Positions 9,740-18,052 of a stretch of DNA of 45,958 nucleotides are shown here, in pieces (the stretch's first letter is position 1; the number at the start of each line of letters is the position of its first letter). The DNA is from Candidatus Eiseniibacteriota bacterium. GTDB lineage: Bacteria > Eisenbacteria > RBG-16-71-46 > DASYSL01. Location: the NCBI GenBank assembly GCA_031431875.1, contig JANPEF010000010.1, positions 1 through 45,958 on the forward strand. Reading direction: 5' to 3'. The translations under genes and the position numbers were made by a program. The notes under the pieces were generated by a model, which saw nothing but the letters and a program-made list of their open reading frames with translations, was not told the origin of the DNA and did no database searches.

Positions 9740-9749
9740 GCGAAGCCAT
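9711..9749. repeat. Three tandem copies of GGCGAAGCCAT, 14-bp period
   Basis: Copies at 9711, 9725 and 9739, spanning the stop codon. Confidence 0.85.
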
Positions 9750-9757
9750 GAAATGAC

Positions 9758-9789
9758 AAAGCCCCCGGGGCTGTGACCCCGGGGGCTTT
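9758..9789. terminator. Bidirectional intrinsic terminator
   Basis: AAAGCCCCCGGGG-CTGTGA-CCCCGGGGGCTTT between convergent genes. Confidence 0.85.
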
Positions 9790-9860
9790 CCGCTGCTTCT
9801 TCTCGCTCTTGTGCCGGCCAAGCCGGCACGTCACGGCCCTTGCCGGCTATGCCGGCAAGA

Positions 9861-10145
9861 TTACATCGCCGTATTGCTCGGCGCGGGGTCCCCCGCCTGG
9901 CGGGCGCGATCAAACGCGTCCTTCCCCGCCACGAGCGCCTTCTGCAGGTCGCCCTTGTGCGCCTTCACCTCTTCCTTCACGCCCTGGAGCTTGTGGTCGA
10001 GATCGTCGCCGAGCCGGCGCGTCTTGTCCGCGATCTGCTTGCGCGTCTCCTCGCCGCTCTGCGGCGCGAGCAGCAGGGCCACGCCCGCGCCGACGGCGGC
10101 GCCGAGCAGGAAGGCGAGAAGAGTATCGGCACGTTGGTCACTCAT
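9861..10145 (-). CDS. YtxH domain protein
   Basis: AFLLGAAVGAGVALLLAPQSGEETRKQI; GGAGG RBS. Confidence 0.9.
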   Translation of the reverse strand: MSDQRADTLLAFLLGAAVGAGVALLLAPQSGEETRKQIADKTRRLGDDLDHKLQGVKEEVKAHKGDLQKALVAGKDAFDRARQAGDPAPSNTAM

Positions 10146-10563
10146 GGTGGTTTCCTCCCTTGTGCGAGGCCGCCGTGTCGGCGCCCCGATGCTTGAAGAA
10201 CGTCCCGGCGAGCGCCGAGGCACCCGCCCGCACTCCCTTGACGAGCGCCGCGATCTGCAGCGCCGGTTCGACCACTTCACCGACCACGAGCGACGAGGCG
10301 CGGGCGAGCTTCGACCCGGTCGTGGCGAATTCCTTGGTGAGCCCGTCGACGCGCCCGGCCACCTGGCTGAGCGTGTCGAGGACGCCACGCGCCTCGATCA
10401 CCGTGCGTTCGATCTCGGGGATCGTGGATTCGAGCTGCGCCATGCTGCGCTCGAGTTGAGCCATCGTCGAGCGCAACTGCGTGATGGCGCGGATGAGGAC
10501 GATCGCCACGGCGACGAGCGCCAGGGTGGCGACGACGATGCAGATCTGGACGACAGTGGGCAT
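10138..10563 (-). CDS. DUF948 (YoxC/YtxG-like) membrane-anchored coiled-coil protein
   Basis: N-terminal TM helix plus coiled coil; usual partner upstream of YtxH. Confidence 0.75.
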   Translation of the reverse strand: MPTVVQICIVVATLALVAVAIVLIRAITQLRSTMAQLERSMAQLESTIPEIERTVIEARGVLDTLSQVAGRVDGLTKEFATTGSKLARASSLVVGEVVEPALQIAALVKGVRAGASALAGTFFKHRGADTAASHKGGNHHE

Positions 10564-10599
10564 GTGACCTCGCGCGGGGGTTCAGACGGTGCTGGACCG

Positions 10600-10628
10600 A
10601 TTGCACACCCGCGGGGCCGCCCTGTCAA
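10600..10628 (-). promoter_or_regulatory. Putative sigma70 promoter
   Basis: TTGACA-17 bp-TGCAAT. Confidence 0.5.
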
Positions 10629-10658
10629 GGAGACCCGCGATCCCCCGGGCCGCCGCGA

Positions 10659-11939
10659 TCAGGTCTTCTGCTTCTTCTTCTCGGCGGCGGGGAACAGGAT
10701 GTTGTTGAGGATCAGGCGGTAGCCCGGCGAGCTCTTGTGCAGCGACAGGTTCGACGGCGGGTCGCCCACCGCGTGCTGGTAGTCCTCGGGGTCGTGGCCG
10801 CCCAGGAACGTGAACGTCCCCTTGCCGAACTTGCCGTGGATATAGCGCGCTTCGTCGGTGCCCTCGGTCTCGCCGAGCACGGTGATGCCCGGCTTGAGGA
10901 AGCCCTTGCGGTACCCGGTGGTCTGGCCCAGGAACTCGGGCACGGCGTTGGTGTGGTCCTGCGTCAGCATCGTCGGGATCGGGTCGTTCTTCGCCGAGAA
11001 GTCGAACAGCGTGAAGAACGACGCGCGCCCGCGCGGCACCGCGTCGTTGGTGACGTCGAGGTCCGAGTACTCGTAGACGTAGGGATCCGTGAACAGCGTG
11101 AAGTTGCGGAAGGCGAGCGTGCGCGAGTAGTCGAGGCGCCGCTGCGCCGCCGGATCCGGCGGATCACCGTCGTACGGCACGTCGACGATGTCGACGCCCT
11201 CGGCGGCCAGTGCGATGTCGTACGAATCGGTCGCCGAGCACATGGCGAAGAGGAACCCGCCGCGTGCGACATACTCCTTGATCGTGCGCGCGACCGCCTT
11301 CTTGCACTCGCTGACCTTGGCGAAGCCCAGCGAACGGGCCGTCGTCGCCTGCAGTTCCTTCTCGGCACGGTACCAGTCGGCGCCGGCGTAGGCGGCGTAG
11401 AACTTGCCCTGCTGGCCGGTGAAGTCCTCGTGGTGCAGGTGGAGCCAGTCGTACTTCTGCAGGTCGCCCTTGAGCACCTCGGGATCCCACAGCGTGGCGT
11501 ATGGCACCTCGGCGTAGTCGAGGGCGAGGCGCACCGCGTCGTCCCACGGCACGGCGTTCGGCGGAACGTAGACGGCGATGCGCGGCGCCTTCTCGAGGAC
11601 GACCTTCTCCATGTTCGCGTCCTCGATCGTGGCGAGGATGGCGGCTTCTTCGGCGGGGCCCGCGGGCTCGGTCTTCACACCGCGGATGCGCGCCTCGCGT
11701 TCGAGCGCCGCGTCGTCGGGCAGGAGGAACGAGCCGCCGCGATAGTTGAGCAGCCAATCGAGCTTGCCGCCGCGCTCGAGTGCCCAGAACGCGAGGCCGT
11801 AGGCCTTGAGGTGATCGGTCTGCGACGCGTCCATCGGCACGAGCAGCTTCGCCGCGGCAGGCGCGGCCGCGAGGACGATGCCGAAGATCGGCAGCAGGAC
11901 CGCGAAGGAGACGCGCCTCCGGCGCGTGACATGGCTCAC
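10659..11939 (-). CDS. Conserved exported protein of the FCB group (often labelled 'asparagine synthetase B'; class I GATase-like fold)
   Basis: Signal peptide; HLKAYG, WLLNYRGGSF, YDWLHLHHEDFTGQ, FAMCSATDSYD, GGHDPEDY, GYRLILNNILFPAA. Confidence 0.75.
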   Translation of the reverse strand: MSHVTRRRRVSFAVLLPIFGIVLAAAPAAAKLLVPMDASQTDHLKAYGLAFWALERGGKLDWLLNYRGGSFLLPDDAALEREARIRGVKTEPAGPAEEAAILATIEDANMEKVVLEKAPRIAVYVPPNAVPWDDAVRLALDYAEVPYATLWDPEVLKGDLQKYDWLHLHHEDFTGQQGKFYAAYAGADWYRAEKELQATTARSLGFAKVSECKKAVARTIKEYVARGGFLFAMCSATDSYDIALAAEGVDIVDVPYDGDPPDPAAQRRLDYSRTLAFRNFTLFTDPYVYEYSDLDVTNDAVPRGRASFFTLFDFSAKNDPIPTMLTQDHTNAVPEFLGQTTGYRKGFLKPGITVLGETEGTDEARYIHGKFGKGTFTFLGGHDPEDYQHAVGDPPSNLSLHKSSPGYRLILNNILFPAAEKKKQKT

Positions 11940-13843
11940 GGCGTCCCCCCCTGCTTCGCCCGCAGGGCCTGCACGCGACGCCGCGTCTCGGGCGCGAGCC
12001 ACGATCGCGGATAGTGATCGAGCAGCTCCTCGTATTGCGTGAGCGCTCCGGGCTGGTCGCCCCCGGCGAGCAGGAGGTCACCGGCGCGGCGGCGCGCGGT
12101 CGGCGCGAGGCGATCGTCGGGCACGGTCTCGGCGACAGCGCGCGCCTTCGCCGCGGCCTCGGCGAGCCGGCCCTTCGTCTCCAGCAGGCTGGCGACGAGC
12201 AGCCCGGCGTGGGACCAGGCGGGGCCGCCGACGGATGCCGTCTCGGCTTCGCGGGCGCGGGCCAGCGCCTCGTCGGTTCGACCGATGCGCGCCAGCCGCG
12301 ACGCGTCGGCGAACGCGGCGAGCCCGGGCGCGCCGGGACCGCCCGACTCGATCAGGTAGGCCCGCTCGAGCGCATCGTTGGCATGCGCGCTCCCCGGGTA
12401 GGCGCGCGCGAACGCATCGTAGCCGCCGCCCGCGCTGTCGAACGCGCCCGCGAAGAAACGCGCCTCGCAGGCCTGGAAGTTCGCGTCTTCCCGCAGGGCG
12501 TCGGGACCGTCACCGTCGCGCACCGCATCGTAGGCTCGCGTCGCCGCGCCGAGGTCCCCGCGGCGCAGCGCCTCCTCGCCCGCGGCGAGCGTGAGCCGCG
12601 CCGCGACCTCGGGATCGTCCGTCGCGCCGGGCGTGCGCGCGGCCATCGCCCCGGCATCGCGCGCGACCCGCAGCGCGGCCTCCGCCTCGCCGACGCGCTC
12701 GAGCCGATCGGCCAGGTCGAGCCCACGTCGCACCGACTCGGGTCCGCCCGGCAGCCCGCGCCATACGCCCTCGAGCCCGCGCAGCCGCTCGCGCTCGGCG
12801 CTCTCGAGATCCGGCGGCGGGGATGTCTTCGCGGTCGACGGGTTCGGCGCGGTGCGCAAGGACGTCGCGTCGAGCCCGAGGAAGTGCGTGCTCGTTTCCA
12901 TCCACTCCGCGCCGGGACCCCGGTCGCCGCGCGCACGGTCCTCGAACAGCCGCGCCACGGCCCGCTCGCGCAACTCCGGATCGTACGGACCCAGCGCCAG
13001 CGCGACGAGCGCGGAGTCGGCCCCGCGCACCGAGACGTCGTCCCGCGAACGCAGCGACAGCGCCAGCTGCCACAGCAGCGAGCCCGCGGGCATCGCGTCC
13101 GCCTCGCCGCCACCGGCCACGGCGCGGTTCGCGCCCCGTGCCTCGGCCCGCACGATGCGCTCGACCGCCGGCCGCGGCCGGCCGGCCAGCGCTTCGAGGC
13201 GTGAGGCTTCGAGCGCCAGGTCGGTACGCGCGGGATCCTTCGTCGCCAGCTTCGCCACGTCCTTCGCCAGCGCCTCGCGGTTGCCGTCGCTCCACTGCTC
13301 GAGCCGGACGCGCGCCCACGACGCCTGCTCGGGGCTGCGCTCCCAGGCTTCGAGCGCGCGCGCGCGCGCTACGGGCACCTTCCCCGCGGCCGCGTACGAG
13401 TCGGCCGCAAAGCGGGACCAGAAACCGGCGCGGAACGGACGCTCGCGCAGCGCCTTCGCCACCGACGACTGCTTTGCCTTCGTGTCGAGGAACCGGGCGA
13501 CAGCCGGTGCGGGCTCCTGCCGCTGCATGAACTCGGCGCGGACCAGGAGGACGTCGAGATCCTCCGGGTGGCGTGTCTCGAGATCCGTGATGGTGCGGTC
13601 GGCGGCGGAGGACTGCCCGCCGCGCAGCAGCGTGCGGGCGCGCTCGAGCAACTGTTCGTCGGGCAAGGGTAGCAGGCTCGGCTCGGTCGACGGAAAGTTG
13701 GTGGCATTGCCGATCAGGATCGAGCGCACGCGCGGCGGCTCGACGCCCTGCGCGGCGCTCGGGTGCGGCGCGGCCGCAAGCAGCACGACGAATGCGAGGA
13801 GCGCGAAGTTCGCGGCGAGCCCGCTGCGACGGCGACCGCTCAC
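11936..13843 (-). CDS. Exported TPR-repeat protein
   Basis: Signal peptide; helical repeats; C-terminal YEELLDHYPRSWLAPETRRR; 4-bp overlaps on both sides. Confidence 0.75.
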   Translation of the reverse strand: MSGRRRSGLAANFALLAFVVLLAAAPHPSAAQGVEPPRVRSILIGNATNFPSTEPSLLPLPDEQLLERARTLLRGGQSSAADRTITDLETRHPEDLDVLLVRAEFMQRQEPAPAVARFLDTKAKQSSVAKALRERPFRAGFWSRFAADSYAAAGKVPVARARALEAWERSPEQASWARVRLEQWSDGNREALAKDVAKLATKDPARTDLALEASRLEALAGRPRPAVERIVRAEARGANRAVAGGGEADAMPAGSLLWQLALSLRSRDDVSVRGADSALVALALGPYDPELRERAVARLFEDRARGDRGPGAEWMETSTHFLGLDATSLRTAPNPSTAKTSPPPDLESAERERLRGLEGVWRGLPGGPESVRRGLDLADRLERVGEAEAALRVARDAGAMAARTPGATDDPEVAARLTLAAGEEALRRGDLGAATRAYDAVRDGDGPDALREDANFQACEARFFAGAFDSAGGGYDAFARAYPGSAHANDALERAYLIESGGPGAPGLAAFADASRLARIGRTDEALARAREAETASVGGPAWSHAGLLVASLLETKGRLAEAAAKARAVAETVPDDRLAPTARRRAGDLLLAGGDQPGALTQYEELLDHYPRSWLAPETRRRVQALRAKQGGTP

Positions 13844-16800
13844 TCGCTGGCCCCAAGGCGGCGAAGGTAGGCCTCGACCAGCGCGCGGTACTCGCCCGGA
13901 TACTTCTCGGCCCGAGCGCGGAGCAGGTCGTAGCGCGCGCGCTGCTCGCGCTCGAGCAGGCCGGCGCGCAGGTCGGCCGGCGCAGCGCGCGGCACGGCGA
14001 GTCCGGTGCGCGACTCGCGCTTCTCGTCGAAATCGCGCCGGTTGAGGCTGCGCTGCGCGTCGAGCATGCGCGAGAGGATCTTCTCCTGGCGCGCCATCGT
14101 CGCGGGATCAAGCTCGCCTTTGCGCAACGACTCCTCGACCTGCTTCATGTCGTCCTTCGTCGGCTCGAGACGCCCGAGCAGGTTGTCCTCGGGCCTCGCA
14201 CTCTGCATCGCCTCCTCGAGTCCCTGGCGGATGGCCCGCTGTTCGGCGGCCAGGCGCTCCATCGTCGCCTGGTCGCCGGCGGCGAGGCGCTGCTGCTGGG
14301 CCAGACGCTCGGCCAGGCGTTGCGTCTCGCCGTTCATCTCGCCCTGCTGGCCGGCCAGGCCTTGCATCTTCTCGCGCGCGCTCTTGCCGTCCTTCCCGCT
14401 GCCCGGCTTCGAGCCCGGCTTGTTGCACGCGGCCGCCGACTCGCGCAGCGACAGCACGGCGCGATCAAGCGCCTCGCCCGCCGACTCGCCGGCCTGCTTG
14501 CCGCGCCCCGGGTTGCCTTGCGCGAACGCGTCGCGCGACTGCTCGAGCGCGTTGATCGCCTTGCCCAGTTGCTGCGTGGCCTCGGGGCTCAGGTATGGCG
14601 TGTCCTTGCCGGTCTCGAGCAGGTCCTCGATGACGCGCGACGCACCCTCCTTGAGGTCCTCCTGGCGCTCCGCCCGCTCGTCGTCGCCGCCGGCCTGGGC
14701 CAACGACTGCTCACCGGCGCGCGACAGGTCGACCAGGTCCTGCGCCGAGCGCTTGATCGCCTCGGCCGCGGCCTGGTTCTCCTCGTTCGACATGTCCTCG
14801 GCCGACTCCTGCAGCTGCTGCGCCATCTGCTCGAGCTTCTGCTGCGCCTGCCGGCCCGACTGCTGCGCCTTCTTCTGCGCGCCCTTGTTCTGCGGCGACT
14901 GGCGGTGGTTCTGCTCGGCCTGGTCCATCTGCGGCTTGACCTCGGTCTCCAGCTTCTCGGCCGACTGCTGCATCGACTCCTGCTCCCTGGCCTCGAGCTC
15001 CTTCGCCAGCTCCTCGAGCTGCTGCTTGAGCGCGTCGGCCGCGGACTCGAGCTTCTGCTGCGCGGCGGCCAGCTTCTCGGCTTGCGGGGCGTCCGCAGGA
15101 GGCTTGTTCTCGGCCTTGTCGTTCAGCTCCTTCTGCCGCTCGGCCAGCTCCTTGGCGCGCTGCGCGACCTCGTGTGCCTGCTCCTCCTGGCGGATCTTCT
15201 TCATCAGCTCGATCGAGCGTTCGAGTCCCTCGAGCATCTCCTTCTGCTGCTGGGCGAGGTCCTTCATCTGCTGCTGCAACTGCCGCGGGTCGGTCTTTTC
15301 GATCCGGCGGTTGATGTCCTCGATCGACTTCTTCAGGTCCTCGTTCTGCAGCTCGGCGACCAGCTTCGACAGCTCCTGCATCTTCTCGAGGAGCTGCTGG
15401 TCGTAGGCCTCGTGCTCGGCCGCCTTCGCCGCCTGCTCCTGCAACTGCGCCGCCTGCTCGGCGATCTTCTCGGTAACCTTCTTCTGCGCCTCGGTCGCCT
15501 CGCGCGCTGCCTCCTTCTTCTCCCACGTGAGTTGGCGCTCGTTCTGCAGGTCGCGCGCCAGCTTCTCGCTCTGCCGCACGGCCTCCTCGGCTTCCTTCTT
15601 CACCTCTTCGAGTGCGACCTTCGTCTCCTCGCGCTCCAGGCCCAGCTCCTCGAACAGTTCCGAGAGCAGCGGGAAGCGCAGCGTGAAGTTGCGGCTCACC
15701 GTGACGTTGGGCCCGCCCACCGCGTCGTTGTCGCGCAGCTCGAAGTGGAACGTCGCGCTCTTTCCCGGCAGCAGCGCCAGCGGCGCGGCATCCCAGTCGG
15801 CGCCGACGCTCGCCTCGCGGGGCTTCTCGGGCCAGCGTGCCAGCAGCGTGCGCAGCACGGCGCCGTCCTCGGGCTTCGCCACCAGCGTCAGGTCGCTCAC
15901 GCCGAAGTCATCGGACACGACGGTCCACACCGGGATGCGCGAGCCGGCGGGCAGGTCGAGGTCCCCCGCGGGCTCGATGACGGTGAGCATGGGCGGCTGG
16001 TCGGCGATCGGCTGCACGTTGTACGTGGCCTCGACCGTTCGGGTCTCGACGTCGGCGGCGAGCGTCCATGGGCCGGCGGCGCCGACGGTGAAGGTGCCGG
16101 TCCAGCGCCGCGGCGACAGCGCGCGCATGGCGACCGGCGGGCGGGCGGGCAGCGTCCAGCGCACGGACTTGGCGCTGCGATCGAGGTTGACCACCACCTC
16201 GACCTCGGTGCCGTCGAGCGCGGTCACGTCGCCGCGCGTGGCCGAGCGGCTCTCGGCGGGCAGGCCGGTATACGCCGGGTAGCGATAGGTGAGGTCGAAG
16301 GAAACCACGCCAGCCTGGCCGGCGAGCGCGACCGCGTACAGCGGAGACTTCACGCCGGCCACCTCGACCTGGTAGGTGCCGGGCTCGGCGACGCCGCGCA
16401 CCGACGCCTCGAAGCGGCCGTCCGCCGCGGCGGGCTCCATGCGCACGCGATCGCTCTGGCCACCATGCTCGAACACGAGCGTCGGCGCGCGGCCGGTGCC
16501 GTCGACCCTGGCGCGCACGAACAGCGTGGCGCCGGGCGGCAGCGTAACGTCCCCCGGCTCGACGCTGAGCGTGACCAGTGTGGCGGCGGCGGCACGGGGA
16601 TGGAACAGGCGATCGAGGGCGCCGCCCAACGGCCCCGGCGCGAGCGCGAAGCCGAGCGCCCATGCGGTGGCCGCGGCGCCGAGAGCGAGCAGGGCGGGAC
16701 GCGGCACCGGGCGCGGCAGCAACGGCCCCAGGTCGAGGCCGCCGGCGCGGCGATTGGCCTCGGCCACGAGCGCGGCGGCAAGACTGCCCGAGCCCGCCGC

Positions 16801-17142
16801 GGCCGGCGCCAGCTCGAGCGCGTTGACCAGCAGCGAACGATGTTCGGGGAAGCGCGTCTCGGCGGCCAGTGCGAAGCCCTTGCGCGAGGGTTGCCCCCGC
16901 AGGGGCCGCACGACGAACCAGGCGACCAGGCCGAGGGCGATCGCCGCGCCGAGCGAGGCCAGCGCCAGCGGCGCCTCGGCGACACGGGCCAGCATGATCG
17001 CGAGCCCGGCGAGAACCAACAGCGCGATGGCGGCGGCGGCGGCGAGCGCAAGGGTGCCGGCGACGAGCGTGTGCACGAACCAGCGACGACGACCGGCGTC
17101 GAGCCGGGCGGCGAGCGGTGCGGAGGCGTCTTGAGCGATCAT
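13840..17142 (-). CDS. DUF4175-like membrane protein with Ig-like domains and a long Q/E coiled coil
   Basis: Three TM helices, LVNALEL, YPAYTG, DDFGV, RDNDAVGGP, QEKILSRMLDA, YRALVEAYLRRL. Confidence 0.8.
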   Translation of the reverse strand: MIAQDASAPLAARLDAGRRRWFVHTLVAGTLALAAAAAIALLVLAGLAIMLARVAEAPLALASLGAAIALGLVAWFVVRPLRGQPSRKGFALAAETRFPEHRSLLVNALELAPAAAGSGSLAAALVAEANRRAGGLDLGPLLPRPVPRPALLALGAAATAWALGFALAPGPLGGALDRLFHPRAAAATLVTLSVEPGDVTLPPGATLFVRARVDGTGRAPTLVFEHGGQSDRVRMEPAAADGRFEASVRGVAEPGTYQVEVAGVKSPLYAVALAGQAGVVSFDLTYRYPAYTGLPAESRSATRGDVTALDGTEVEVVVNLDRSAKSVRWTLPARPPVAMRALSPRRWTGTFTVGAAGPWTLAADVETRTVEATYNVQPIADQPPMLTVIEPAGDLDLPAGSRIPVWTVVSDDFGVSDLTLVAKPEDGAVLRTLLARWPEKPREASVGADWDAAPLALLPGKSATFHFELRDNDAVGGPNVTVSRNFTLRFPLLSELFEELGLEREETKVALEEVKKEAEEAVRQSEKLARDLQNERQLTWEKKEAAREATEAQKKVTEKIAEQAAQLQEQAAKAAEHEAYDQQLLEKMQELSKLVAELQNEDLKKSIEDINRRIEKTDPRQLQQQMKDLAQQQKEMLEGLERSIELMKKIRQEEQAHEVAQRAKELAERQKELNDKAENKPPADAPQAEKLAAAQQKLESAADALKQQLEELAKELEAREQESMQQSAEKLETEVKPQMDQAEQNHRQSPQNKGAQKKAQQSGRQAQQKLEQMAQQLQESAEDMSNEENQAAAEAIKRSAQDLVDLSRAGEQSLAQAGGDDERAERQEDLKEGASRVIEDLLETGKDTPYLSPEATQQLGKAINALEQSRDAFAQGNPGRGKQAGESAGEALDRAVLSLRESAAACNKPGSKPGSGKDGKSAREKMQGLAGQQGEMNGETQRLAERLAQQQRLAAGDQATMERLAAEQRAIRQGLEEAMQSARPEDNLLGRLEPTKDDMKQVEESLRKGELDPATMARQEKILSRMLDAQRSLNRRDFDEKRESRTGLAVPRAAPADLRAGLLEREQRARYDLLRARAEKYPGEYRALVEAYLRRLGASE

Positions 17143-17160
17143 GGCCGGACCCCGAATCGT

Positions 17161-17895
17161 CTACTGCGTGAGTGCGAAGAGCGCGATGTTGACCGCCATC
17201 TGGATCGCCTGCGTGCGCTTCTCCGGCGGGTCGGAGTGGACACCGGCGTCCTCGAGTCCGTCGCCGAGGTCCGTGTCGAAGGTGAACAGCACGCACAGCC
17301 GACCATCGCGAAACGCGGCGAACGCCTTGGGAGCACCGCCGTCGTGCTCGTGGATCTTCGGCAGGCCGCGCGGGAATGCGTAGGGCGAGCGGAAAATCGG
17401 ATGCGACCACGGCAGCTCGACGAGTTCGTTCTCGGGCAGGACGCGCTTCATCTCGCGGCGGAACGATTCGGCGAGGCCGAAGTCGTCGTCGCACCACAGG
17501 AACCCGCCCGCGTCGAGGTAGCGGCGCAGGCGTTCCACCTCGGTGGCCGTGAACTTCACGTTGCCGTGGCCGGACATGAACAGCATCGGGTGATTGAACA
17601 GCTCGTCGTCGGTGGGTGTGACGACCGGCGCCTCGCCGGCGGCGATCGGAACGCCGCGCTCGCGCACCGCGGCGAGCAGGTTGATCAGCGAGGTCTCGTT
17701 GCCGTACCAGTCGCCGCCGCCGCCGTACTTGAGGCGCGCGATCCCGAAGCGGGCGCGGTCCGGCTCGCCCGGTGCGCCAGCCGCCCGGCCGGGCGCGAGG
17801 GGGCCGACCAGCGCTCCGAGGAGCACGAGGGCGAGGGCGGATCGGGTCGGACGGGGCAGGCGCACGCAGGCTCCGAACACGAGGCGGAGGCCCAC
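17161..17895 (-). CDS. DUF4159 domain protein
   Basis: ARLKYGGGGDWY, FMSGHG, LRRYLDAGGFLWCDDDFG, LPKIHEHDG, DLGDGLED; start uncertain. Confidence 0.88.
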   Translation of the reverse strand: MGLRLVFGACVRLPRPTRSALALVLLGALVGPLAPGRAAGAPGEPDRARFGIARLKYGGGGDWYGNETSLINLLAAVRERGVPIAAGEAPVVTPTDDELFNHPMLFMSGHGNVKFTATEVERLRRYLDAGGFLWCDDDFGLAESFRREMKRVLPENELVELPWSHPIFRSPYAFPRGLPKIHEHDGGAPKAFAAFRDGRLCVLFTFDTDLGDGLEDAGVHSDPPEKRTQAIQMAVNIALFALTQ

Positions 17896-18052
17896 GTCGG
17901 CGATCGCCGCGCGCGGAGCTCCGCGTCCGCATCGAGTCTACCCGCCGCCCCCGCCGGGCATGTGCCGGAATTCAGCGTCCCCAGGGAGAGTTTGCGTGTC
18001 CCGGACAGGGTCCCCTTCGTGCGATCATGGCACCCCCGACGAGGAGGCGCAG

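Noticed and set aside
8347..9749. Repeats as a possible CRISPR array
   Set aside because: The 90-bp units are degenerate in-frame protein repeats and the 14-bp units lack spacers; no cas genes.
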